64,000 bases of DNA from contig OZ024740.1 of assembly GCA_964016885.1 (NCBI GenBank), positions 365,614,001-365,678,000 on the forward strand, read 5' to 3'. The stretch's first letter is position 1, and the number at the start of each line of letters is the position of its first letter. The position numbers and the translations under genes are program-made. The notes beneath the pieces were generated by a model. It had not been told where the DNA came from, ran no database searches, and was given only the letters and a program-made list of their open reading frames with translations. Source of the stretch: Eledone cirrhosa. Lineage: Eukaryota. Of the stretch, positions 10,756-23,570 are shown piece by piece.

Positions 10756-10889
10756 GGTATGCTACAGTGATGTATATGCACATTACCACTTGTAACATCA
10801 CAATTACAGACACTGAAACAGTTAATCTTAGCTATAAAAATGTAATTAAAAGTAATAATACTTTATTTACAAAAAATATTTAAATATTT

Positions 10890-13425
10890 TATTTTATCAG
10901 TTTAGATAAAATAAAGTACCAGTAATGCCCTGAGGTAATTGCTAGGATTACACTACTCGATGTCTCCCTCCTGCTTTAGGTCGGTAAAATATGATTTGAA
11001 GCATATGGCTGAATAGATGATCCAATATTGTTGTTGTTGTTGTATATCCTTGGTCAACTCGGATCTAAGTATTTATCCGTAACTAGAATTACATTATCCA
11101 ATATCTTCTGATTTTAAGAGAGCGATTTGAGGGAGGTTTTGCTACCATATCTAGCTGGTCGGATGACCACATATAGGCCCCTTTGTTGGCTTCAACACTC
11201 CTTTTTTGGCTCGATACGTACCAGCTAAATACGGAAGATTAATCGAACATACTCCTATCCTTCCCCAAAGTTTATGGTCATGTGCCAATGTTATTAATTA
11301 TTATTAATATTATTAGGGTCAGACGCCATGCTTTCTAGCATAGTTATGTCCCTTTATGATCTGAATTCAAATCCCGCCGAGGTTAACTTTGCCTTTCATC
11401 CTTACGGGGTCGATAAAATAAAGTACCAGTAATGCACTGGGTAATTGCTGGCCTTGTGCCAAAAGTAGAAACAATTAATATTATTACAAGTTCAAATCCT
11501 GTCGAGGTTAACTTTGCCTTTCATCCTTACGAGGTCGATAAAATAAAGTACCAGTAATGCACTGAGGTAATTGCTGGTTTTGTGCCAAAAGTAGAAACAA
11601 TATTAACCAGTATAATAAGCTTGTTCCTATTATTACTTGTCCTACAATGAAATGCATTGCAATATTTCGTTACTGGCCTCTGCGTTCTGAGTTCAAATCC
11701 CAACGCAAGCAACTTGGCCTTTCATCATTCTAGGGTTGATAAAATAAAGGACCAGTAAAGTGCTAGGGTCGATATAATCGACTTTCTTCATCCCCCAATG
11801 TAAAAGGAAGAGCAGTGGATAGACAGAATCGTGAGAGCACCAGATTCTCTGTGGTATTTGTTACGGCGCTTTACATTCTGAGTTCAAATCCTGCCGAAGT
11901 AAACTTTGCCTTTCACCATTTCGAGAGTTGATAAACTAAAATACCAATAAAATGCTAGGGCCGATATTATTGACTTTCTCTCTTCCCACAAATTGGTGAC
12001 CATGTACCTAAATTATAAATCATTATTTATTGTCCTGCCTTGAGTTCAAATCCCTCCGAGGTTAACTTTGCCTTTCATCCTTACGGGGTCCATAAAATAA
12101 AGTACCAGTCACGCACTGGGGTCGATTTAATCGACTTCCCTCCCGCCAAATTGCTGGCCTTGTGCCTATATAAGAAATCATTATTTATTGTCCTGCTTAA
12201 ATCGATATTCAATACTTTCACTCACTCACTCCTTTCGTCTGCCCTCTGGGGTATACTTTCATTTTTCTACTACTGTCACTCATTCACTCTCTATTAGTCG
12301 TTTGACAACCTTCTTCTTCCACACTAGTGAGGGCGAATTATTTAGTGGTTAACATTTTCGGTTCACGATCGTCAAGTTGTGAGTTCGATTTCCGGACCAG
12401 GTGGCGCGTTGTGTCCTTGAGCAAAACACTTTATTTCATGTTGCTCCAGTACACTCAGCTGGAAAAAATGCGTTATACTTGTAATTCAAGGGACAGCCTT
12501 GTCAGGCTGAATCTCTCTGAAAAATACGTCATGGGTACATATATGTGTGGAATATGCTCAGTCACCTCAGGCAGCATAATCAGTAGAGCACCAGTCAATA
12601 TGCTTTTCTGCATTTCATTAGGTCCGGGGTTCAATCCCAACGGGGTAAATGTCACCTTTATGCTTTTGCGGTCAAATGAAGTAGCCATGATAAAAAATGT
12701 TCAAGCCGAGGTTAACTTTGCCTTTCATCCTTACGGGGTCGATAAAATAAAGTACCAGTCACGCACTGGGGTCGATTTAATCGACTTTCCCTTCCCCCAA
12801 AATTGCTGGCCTTGTGCCTATATAAGAAACCATTATTAATATTATTACCAGGGCAATGGATTGGCAGAATCGGCAGAGCGTCGGACATGTTTCGTGGCAT
12901 AGAGTTACATCCCATTACGATCTGAGTTCGAATCTCGTCGAGGTTAGCTTTGCCTTTCATCCTTGCGGGGTTGATAAAATAAAATACCAATAGCGTACTT
13001 ATGTCCATTTCATCGACTTTTCCCTTCCATTTAAATTGCTGGCCTTGCACCAAATGTAGAAACAATTATTTTATGAAATAAAGAACCAGTCCAGTACTGG
13101 GGTCAATTTAAACGATTTTTCCCTTCCCCAAAATTAGAAACAATAATAAACAATAATTGTTTCTACTATTGGCACAAGGCCAGCAACAACCCAGTACATT
13201 TACTTTATTTTATCGACTCCGTAAGGATGAAAGGCAAAGTTAACCTCGGCGGGATTTGAACTCAGTCCGTAAAGGGACGTAACTCTATGTTGGAAGGCAC
13301 GGCATCTGACACTCTACCGATACACCGCCCTAATAATTGTTTCTACTTTAGGCACAAGGCCAGCAATTACACAGTGCATTACTGGTACTTTATGTTATCG
13401 ACCCCGTAAGGATGAAAGGCAAGTG
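10890..13425. mobile_element. Dense cluster of about 10 SINE family A copies or fragments (both strands), plus a different tRNA-headed SINE at ~12335-12580
   Basis: Repeated GAGTTCAAATCC...TTTGCCTTTCATCC...GATAAAATAAAGTACCAGT cores near 11360, 11490, 11690, 11880, 12040, 12705 and 12920 (+) and near 13200 and 13380 (-). Confidence 0.85.
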
Positions 13426-16400
13426 AATAAACGATGATAATAATTATCTGGGCCATGTATTGACTAAATAATTTCGCGCGTCTTCAAATATTTAGCTAGT
13501 ATCCGTGTTGTTTAAGATCAAAGGGGAGAAACTCTTGTTATCTTGATTTGCTACAAGTCAGATGTCATTTGATTGAGGATATACCTGTTTAATGTTGTTT
13601 TGTTGTTAAGTTATGTTTTGTATGTATGGATGGATGGATGGATGTATGTATCGATGGATGAATGTATGTATGTATGTATGTATGTCAAAGGGCAAAGGAA
13701 CTCTTAAGAGTCAATGGCCATCCAAAATCACCGCAAGAGATGACCCCTTAGCCTTTGTCAAGGCAGAATTCTAGGAGAAGGAAAACTCTGATATAACACC
13801 TGCAACCCTGATGGTATCCAATGATGTTGACTTGTTCTTCTTTTTGGTAAATATCATCTTGGTTAAGAGAGTGGGACTGGCTTTGTGCAGTGCTTTTTCT
13901 CACTATAAAAGCTTCACGGCACAGGCATTGCTTTATATCTGGAGATCTCTCTGCACTTGTCGTCACATGGTACCATGGGCCCAGCACTATGTGTCAATAA
14001 TTGTCACAAGTGTAGTGTTTGTACCAGAGTTTTCAAGTCGGTGGCTGGACTAAAAAGTCTCACTCGTTCAGCGCATCGGTAGGGGTTCTCCTACATGGAT
14101 ATGAAGTAGTGGCCGTACTCAAAAACGAATTGGCAGCCACCATGTATGTATGTATGTAGCATTAACTCCAGATGGAGTCATAAAGACACAGTAGCGACAT
14201 ACATTGTTTCTTAAACATTTTTTAAACCTGGTGGAGCCTAAATCTTCTCCAGGTCGAAACATAGCCTATTTCTTTCAGAGAAGGGGAGAGGGAGAGTGAC
14301 ATAGAAGAAGTAAAAAAGAGACATAGAGGGAAAATCGACCCTAATACTTGACTGGTACTTTTTTATCAATCTTGAAAAAATGAAAGGCAAAGTTGATCAC
14401 AAGATTTGAACTCAGAACACTGAGAGCCAGAAGAAATACCACAAAGTATTCCATCCGACATTCTAACGGTTCTGCCAATTTGCATCCTTTACCTATGTTA
14501 TATGCAGGTAAGAAAATTATATATAAATATAATCATAGTTCACTATTAAGAACATATATTACGTAATATTTTAATCATTTAAAATTATTTCAAGTCCCTT
14601 AACTTCAAATTTAGTATTTTAGCAAAATTAAGAAAAATATATAGAAAGAATAATAAAAGACAGAATTTCGATTTTCTCACAGCATTTCTTAATAAGGCAG
14701 GGAATCCTTTCTCCTTTGGGCCCTCAATTTCTGGTAGTAGCATAGATTTTATTTCCTAGACTTTTTAGAACTTGACAGAGCCCAATCCTCTCCAGGTTTG
14801 ATCACATCCAATGCCTTCCAGATAGATATATAGATAGAGAGAGGGGGGCAAACAAACAGTCTGGTCTTATCTGGTCTCTGCCTATCCTCATTGCTGAGTA
14901 TCGGGGAACAGGGAAAATTGCACCAATGCTCATCTATATGGTGCTGTATGTCCATGATTTTCATTGGCAAAAAAGTGACATTGGTGAGTTCTGAATCCTC
15001 TTCTAACTGATATTTAGTTTAGTGAGTCTGAAAAATTAAAAGGAAAACCTGACCTTAATGGGATTTGAATTCAGAGCACAAGGTACCAGAACAAATACTG
15101 CAAAGCATTTTATCATTTGCTATAACAACTCATGGCTTCATATTTAGTCACTTAGATTTACTCTTGTATAATATTGGTATTTATTTGAAATTGCACTGCA
15201 GAAACCCAACTTTGCTTTAACCAAAGAAAATATTAACTGGTTGTTGCTCTTTAGACATTGATTACCTTTGCCTTTTTTATATTCATATTAGATTGGTGTG
15301 AAGGAAAGGGCTATGGTCATGATCTTCATAGGCCCTCTCAAACCACTGAGATTAAATAATGGTCCTTTGAGACCAAGGTCAGTAATTTGGGGGAAGAGAA
15401 AAGTTTATTCAATTGACCCCAATTCTGGACTATTACAGCTGAACAACTGCAGGAAAGTCATCTGTAGAGAGAGTATTCCAAAGGGAAAAGAGAACAGAAT
15501 GAATCACAGGAGTTGAACCATATATCTATTGCTTGCTAGCTGAGTATGCTTCTGATTGCATCATCATCATCATATTACATCTGCTCTCCCATGTTTGCAT
15601 TAGTTGGACCAAGTAGTGTGAATTTTATATGTTGTGCTTTTCAGTATTTTGGCAGAATTTTTCTGGCTGAATTCCCTTTCAACCACAAACTACTTTACGG
15701 TGAGGACTAGGTGCCACCAGCACTAGAGAGATTATTCCAGGACTAAACAGTCCTCTATACCCTGTGTCAGTTTTAATTCAAAGTGACTGTTGTCTCAGAC
15801 AGGTTTTGTCTTTGCAAAACATGCAGAGCCCATGCCTACCCCAAGCATTTTTATTTATTCAAAGTGACTGCTCTCTTAAATGGGCTACTTTCTCCACAAC
15901 TTACCCTGAATTAATTTTGATTTAGCAGTCCTTTGACCAAAATATTCCTACTATGAACACCTGGTCTTTTATTAAGATAAAGTGCATCTTGTATCACATT
16001 AGTAGGATGTTACTTGAGAGAGATGTGGCTGCTGAACTTCATTTCTCGATTTTCAATGCATGCTTGTCAAATAAAACCATTTATAATATACTATGCATAG
16101 AATCTTACAAAGATATCTCTTGAAAATTTAAATCAAGTATCTGTTAATTGGTTTTGCTACATTACATCAGGTTCAATTCAATAAGCCTTAACTTCTACCT
16201 CTACAAATGTTCAGCTTTTAGCAATACCAATAGTGACTGAGCCAGTGATAAAGCCTCTACATAGTCACTTGCCTTAATAGAAATAGCAGTCAAATTTCCC
16301 CTTTCCTTTTCAAATAAAGAAGGATACATTACATAATGATAGGATGGCCATGGCTGGAACATCTTCGATCATAGCTCTGCTAAATCATTTGACTTGTTCT

Positions 16401-19400
16401 GTATGTTGGACCTCAATCATTACAGATGTGTAATCCGGTTGATTCAATCAATGGCACTGCCTGCTTGTGAAATTAACATGTAAGTGGCTGAGCATTCCAC
16501 TGACACATGTACCTTTAATGTAGTTCTCAGGGAGATTCAGTGTGACACAATGTCTGACAAGACTGGCTCTTTGAATTACAGGTACAACTCACCTTTGCCA
16601 GCTGAGTGGAGTGAAGCAACATATAATAAACTGTCTTGTTCAAGTACACAATGTGCCATCCAGTTCAGGAACTAAACGCCTGAACTTTACAATCATCAAT
16701 CCAACACATTAACCACTACATGTGCCTTCACTTCACTTGATTTAAACTACATGAAAATACCATGATTATCAACATCATCACTGTTTAATGTCTTTTTTTC
16801 AACACTTGTATAGGTTAGATAGATTGCTGCATGCTGAAGCCAGACTGGTCAGATGAACACATCCTGTTCATATTCACATCTTGGTTTGGTTTCTAAAGCT
16901 GGATGCCCTTCCCAATACCAACCACTTTACAGCATGTTGTAGGAGCACAGTTTCGTCACCATGGTACTTTCTTACATTGACAGAATACCACAGATTAGTA
17001 ATGGGAAGATATACCATCACTACAACTGACTTCAGTATAATAACTAGTATGAAAGTTATCAACTTTCAAAGGATGGAATACAAACTTGACCTAGGCAAGA
17101 TTTGAACTCAGATTATACAGAAACATAACAAAACACAGCAAGGCACTTTTGTCTGGTGCTCTACTGCAGTAATAAGGTGAATTCTCCTTGTGAGTAAAGC
17201 AGGAAACCATTCCAGTGTTAAGCGTTTTAAGTGAAGTTTGTATTTCACCCCTGTCAATCCTACCATTATATGAGAGTTTTGACTCAAATTATGAGCCACA
17301 GTGTTGTTGTCTATCTCCAGGTTCTCACAGATTAAGCAGACATATATCACACAGCAGCAAATTGGCAGAGTTGTTAGAATGTCGGATAGAGTGCTTTGTG
17401 GTACTCAGTCTGGCTCTCTGCTCTCTGAGTTCAAATCCTGCTGAGGTCGACTTTGCTTTTCATCCTTTTGAGGTAAAAAAAAAGTATCAGTCAAGTACTG
17501 GGATTGAGTCTTCCTCTATAACTTTTTCTCACTTCTCTCTGACTTTCTATCCTTCCTGGAAGAAATTTGTTGTACTCAGACCTGGAGAGTGTGGGGTTCC
17601 ACCAGGCTTAAAATGCCAAGAAACGCTGTATTTCAATATAGTGCCCTGACAACTCCATTAGGAGTTATGGGACATATAGCACACAGGTAATTAGCTAAAT
17701 GATTAAGTGTGGTATACAGATCTGTAGTTCTAGATATACCAAGCATTATACGCCTTTTTAGGATAATTTGTAATGGAATGTAGACAGACCAGTTTATCTG
17801 TATCAGAGTTTGTATACACTATAAACAGCTATAAGCTACTAATTTCTCCATTGATATGTGAATCATTTTATCTGGTCAAATTGATCCCAATTTTTTTTTG
17901 CTCATTAAGAAATAAAAAATAGTGCAACACTTTTTACTTTTCACAGTGAGGTTATGTTTATCAAAATGGTCCACCTTACATTTCATATCAAATTATGAAG
18001 TGTATTATTAAGCAACACATATATCATCATTTAACACTAGATTTTTAATGCTTGCACAAGTTAGGTGGGTCTTTTCTAATACAGTAGCTTGCTCCGTGTC
18101 ACCTTCTTTGTGACTTTCATCCCCTTGATTTCAGCTTTCACAACATCTTTCCATGTCTTCCTCTTCCACAGGTTTCAGCAACTTGGATCACTTGAAACTT
18201 CTTTACTCAACTATTATCTTCCATATACATCACAAGTAGGGTTTAAAAATGATTGCCAAATACTTTAAAATACACTTTGTGCATATATGTATACACACAC
18301 ACACACACATATATATATATACACACATATATATATATATATATATATATGAAGGCACATGGCTGAGTGGTTAGAGCATTGGGCTTGCAATCAGGAGGTT
18401 GTAAGTTCACTTTATTTCACGTTACTTGCTGTATCGGTCTCATATGCATAGGCAATTGCTGGTCTTCTTGGACTTGTACCTCTAGGTACAAATCCCATGG
18501 TCATTGACGATCAAAGGGGGTTTTTACCCTTATATATAATGCTGCACTACTAACAAATTCGAGAGCCAAACAAGTCACACTATGCTCATGATTTGTAATA
18601 AAACTTTGAACTGCATACTATGCAGTCATATCCTCAGAATTCTTTTCCATGTTCTTAAAATAGATGCAAACCTTCAGTCCCCATACTCATAAGTTAAATA
18701 GAAATACATTTTTTCTTTTCTTTGTCAAAGAACAAAGGCCGAATATTTTTTGTGATGTACATTATTTTCCCAATGTTCTGCTATTTTTTTAATATTTCTC
18801 ATAACTTGACAACCCAGGCAAGCATGGAAAATAGATGTTAAACAGTGGTAATGATGATGAGTACACCAAAATTCACATAAGATTCCAAAACACAGAGCAT
18901 AACTTATTTCTAAAATTTAATTTAAGACTAAATGCATATCTTTATAAAGAATTAACTCATATTTAGTATCATGTTACATGATCTTAAAAACTCTATTATG
19001 TTAAACCAATAAATTAGCCTGTACATAGTCACTTAACCTATTAGAAATAACATCTTCCTGAAATCATACCCGACCACAGGCCTGTTATCTAGGGTGCTAC
19101 CTCAGGTTTAGAAAATGGAGTTTATAAGAAAAACGTTTTGAAATGTGTACCTTAAATTAGTGCTTACCCAGAATGTTTTGAAGCCATGCCAAGCAGCAAA
19201 GTTTGGCAATGGGCCTGGATTACCATCTTAAAGAATGCATTTGACTATATAGCTATTGATATACTATATCTAAACAGAGAATGGGATGGAATGCTTTTGA
19301 TCAGGACTCAATGGGGACCAAACAACAATTACATACAGAACAAAACCAGTTCTATTACCACTTTTATCAAAGTGGACTTGATATGAATTAATCCTAGTGG

Positions 19401-20887
19401 CAAAAACATTTTATTGTTAATACTTTACAGAGAAAGCATGTTGGAGAAAATAAAAATTTGTTTAATAAAATGTCTTGTTTTACAGTTCTTTAGCTGTTAG
19501 GAAGAATTGGATCAGGTTTTATACTCCATTGTGGAGAAAGGTTTACAAAACAAAAATGCTGTTACATGAATCTTTCTAATTATTAATTCAAACAAATTAG
19601 AAAGACAGTAATCTGAAGTTAATTTTGTGTTGGTGATGAAAAAAGAATGATTATAACAAAAACCAGCATTGTAAGCCAATGAATTAAGTGATAATCAGAG
19701 CTACATTGAAGATTGTAATGAGTGACAAATCTCATTACCATTACAGAATTATGTCCCCTGGGAAACATTCTTGAGATTCTGTTTATAGCTGCAATGTTTA
19801 ATAAATGCATTTTGAAAAAATACATAAATAAAATAAAAACCATTATATTATCATGGCTGGAAGAGTTTATGGTCTGTTGCCTGAATTATGGTATACTAAT
19901 TATTTTATGAAATGTTGGATAACAAATATGGAATTTTTATGTTTTTTTTCTATCAGTCAGTACCATGATCTGTTATAGGGCCTCCGAGATCAAAGAGATG
20001 GCCAAAATATTGACAATAGTGTAATTCCACTAAAGTGATTCAAGGATAAGATAGTAGAGCTAAATGAAGCAACAGGTAAAGTCTCCCACCCCAAAACAGA
20101 AATGATCCAGTTTCCTCTCTTCTAAACTTCACTCACAAGTCTTTGGTGAACTCAAAGCCAAGGTAGAAATCATTGCTGAAGGTGCCATGCAGTGGGATTG
20201 AATCCAAAACCATTCTTGTGCTCATTTTGAAATAAGAATGTATAGAAAATACTACTGGTGAGGAATCAGCAATTGTTAGAATGTCAAATAGAATGCTTTG
20301 TGGTAGTTGTTCTGGCTCAGTGGTCAATTTTGCCTTTTGTTTGATTAAAAGAAAAAGTCCAGCATTAGAATCAATTCTTCCTCTATATCTCTTCTGGAGG
20401 AAAAGGGTCATAGATACATAATACTACTACTAAGTGCAATGTAAATGTTGTTTTTTTGCTTATTAAACTGGCAGTGCCAAGTTCAAATCGCTCAATAGGC
20501 AAAAAGTAAATTTCAGTGATACTACAAAGGTGGAAAGCACTTTTAAGTCTTTACCTTTTAATCCTTTTTTAAAGGAATAATGCAATGGCACAATTACCTT
20601 GTGGAAATCATTCCTTCTGTCCCAAGAACACACTAGTTATCCAAACTAAAACCATATCTGAAGTGCTTTTTTCACATATCGGTCATTACCAGTACTCAAC
20701 TGACTCATTCTTGATCAGAGTTATTTGACAACTTTCTTTTAATTATTTTAAAAATCAATATGAATTAAATTGAGAAGGCTTCAACTTTACTAATGTTAAT
20801 GTGATAAACAGGTGCCTTGCTTTGTGAAAAGTAGTAACACTTTTGATACTAACCTACTCTGGTTCTATGAAACAAAAACCACCTATC

Positions 20888-21098
20888 TTAACCTTTTAAC
20901 ATTTAAACTGGCTGAATGTGGCCAGAATTCTCACCTCTTTCTGTTCAAACCGGCCGTAACTGGCCACTCATAGTGATGTTAAGATATTATTCTCAAAATA
21001 AATAATATCAAAATCTCAGATTCAATATGTGAGATAAAGCATTTACTGCGAAAATATAATAGTATATATATAGAGTAATGTAAATGCTAAAGTGTTAA
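20888..21098. mobile_element. TTAA-flanked MITE (piggyBac-like termini)
   Basis: TTAA-CCTTTTAACATT ... AATGCTAAAGTG-TTAA; homologous copy at 34231-34433. Confidence 0.65.
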
Positions 21099-23570
21099 AT
21101 AAGTTCCTATTGAGATTAAAACCTTCCAACACAATCATATATAAGAGCCCAATGTTAAGTTAATAGCTTAGTCATGAAATAATAATTTTAGGAAAACCCT
21201 CCAGCCTAAACGTTTGGGTATACAATGTAACTGAAAATAAACAGCAACAGTTGGGTATAATTTGTTGTGCTAGAATTGTGTACAATAGGAATGAGTGCCA
21301 TGTGTGCACTTCCTTATAGGCAGAACACAGCAGAGATTTAATGTAAAAGCAATGGATGGGGGACAGACTCAAGAATGTTGGGTGTCGTAAAGAATATACA
21401 GGATTGAGGCATTCATAGAAAACAATTTTATGCAAAATTGATGGTAATGATTTGTAAAGAAAGAAAGGCACCTACTAATCTATATGATAGAGAAAAAAGT
21501 AAGGCCAGAGGAAACTGGTGATCTGCATTAGCAAAAAAATATAGTGAAGTTTGTGAGTTTAGATAAGTTTGTATACCAAGGGAAAACCTGACATTTTTTT
21601 CGACTGACCATCTGTGAGAAAAGAACTGGCTGAAATATTTTCTCTTGTCCCCACAGCATACAACTTTATCTGAACTCTTAAATTTCACTATCATACAGAA
21701 GTTGATCAATTTTTGAATGGTTTGATATGACTGCTTGTTGAGAAAGGATAATTAAATGTTTAATTGTTGTTTCTTTGTCTATTTCATTTGGTAGGCCCAT
21801 ACATGAAATTTAAAAGGAACTGGAAAAGTGATGCTTTATAGAGATTAGCAGTATGTGGAGTGACATAGTTTCAACTATGAACCAAAATTATGTTGCAATC
21901 AATGCTTACCTCTTGCTTTGTTACTGGTCAAAATAAATGAAAATAAATTATTCAATTTATCACGACACCCAACCACACCCTTGGATCCCCAATAAGCATT
22001 TACTGAATTGAAAGACAATAAGAAATAATAATTTTTTCAAAAATTCTCAAGACTTTACAAAGAATTCATACATTTTATACAAACAGTATTTTTATGTAAA
22101 ATAAAATAAAATAAAATCATATAAAAGAACAAAGCTGTTAGATGGTTTGAAAAACTGTAGAGGCAAATTGGCCAATTGGTGTTTTCCAGCATATCTGCTG
22201 CAGATTGTTTCGTTGTTTCTGAGCAGGACAGGACATTCTATATACATCATTTCACCTAGCTGGTGGGAATAGGCATCAAATACCTGATAAAAAAAGTCAA
22301 TGGGTATGGTTATCCATACTTTTTATTCAAAGGTCAAGCACTAGTGTGTGGGTTAAATATTTAGTCTTTTAATGTAATGATATACTAAATCTGAAGGAGA
22401 GGAAAAAAAAAAAAAAAAGACACTGAAAAGTTCAGAGTAATATCATTCTTTATTCTTTTATAGAGGAATTTTCCCCTTTGGTAATTGTTTTAAACCTCTT
22501 ATGAAGGTATTTCTCAATATTCTTTTTACTATTTTTTACTATAAGTGATATGACTGGAATTCAAATTGAAATTTATACTCCTTTTGAATAAATAAATAAA
22601 TACTCATATAAATTCACAGATGTTTCTTACAGACAATTATAGTAAATAAAGCTGTGGACCTAGCAGCATTAATACGGGCAGCCAGAAAATTTACAAGTAG
22701 AACTGAATTTTTTTTAGATCTAGTAGCTGTGACCAAATCAAAGGCAGTACTATAGTCATCCAGTTACCTCACTGGATTAGAATGTTATATACTCTTAGAT
22801 ACTTTGAAATGATGCAGGGAAAAAAACCCAAGAGTTTTTACATGTTATGTCATTTGGATATGACATGACCATTATATATATATTTAAAAAAAATCAAATT
22901 ATTTAGCTATAAATAACAGTAATAAATGACAGTAATAAACATCCTACAGACATGTTTCCAAACCAACATGTACACATGGTAGGAATATATAGGCATATCT
23001 TTATACACACACTCGCACATACACACAATACAACCATCTATAAGGACATTAATACCAAATATCATATACTGTACAGCAAAAACAGGTATAAACAGTTAAT
23101 TGAAGTGTTTTAGTCGGCTATCCACCATCAGTCGTCAGAAATTTGAATAGAATTGAATAGAATCAGAAGACTTTTTGTTCACAATAAACTTCATGTTGAA
23201 GAAGCAACAGATTCAAGGGCAAACCTTGAGAATACTAAGGAATAATCATTGTAGACATCAATATTTACAACATGAAAAATGGAAAAATAAAACCAATATT
23301 TCAATTTTCACTTAGAATTATCTTTCAAATAAAAAAAAAATGTGGGGGGTGGGGAAGTCATAGAATTCATAATAAAAATCATGGTAAAATAATTTTTTTA
23401 AATTTCAATTTATTAAAAATTAGCAGAAAAAATGTAATGATTGCCATTTTTTGTGGGAGATGGGTGGGACATTGGACATTTTATTTTTTTTATTTTAATA
23501 TCTTTTTTATTAATTCTTTTGTTTTTTACTTTTTACCTTGGTTTTGCTAGATTGTCCTTTATGAAGTGAG

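Noticed and set aside
10578-10813. Poly-Ser and poly-Pro/His ORFs
   Set aside because: Trinucleotide repeat at a LINE tail with no exon context.
11300-13100. Regularly recurring ~60-nt conserved core that superficially resembles a CRISPR or cassette array
   Set aside because: Spacing is irregular and copies are dispersed on both strands with tails and TSDs; these are SINEs in a eukaryotic genome.
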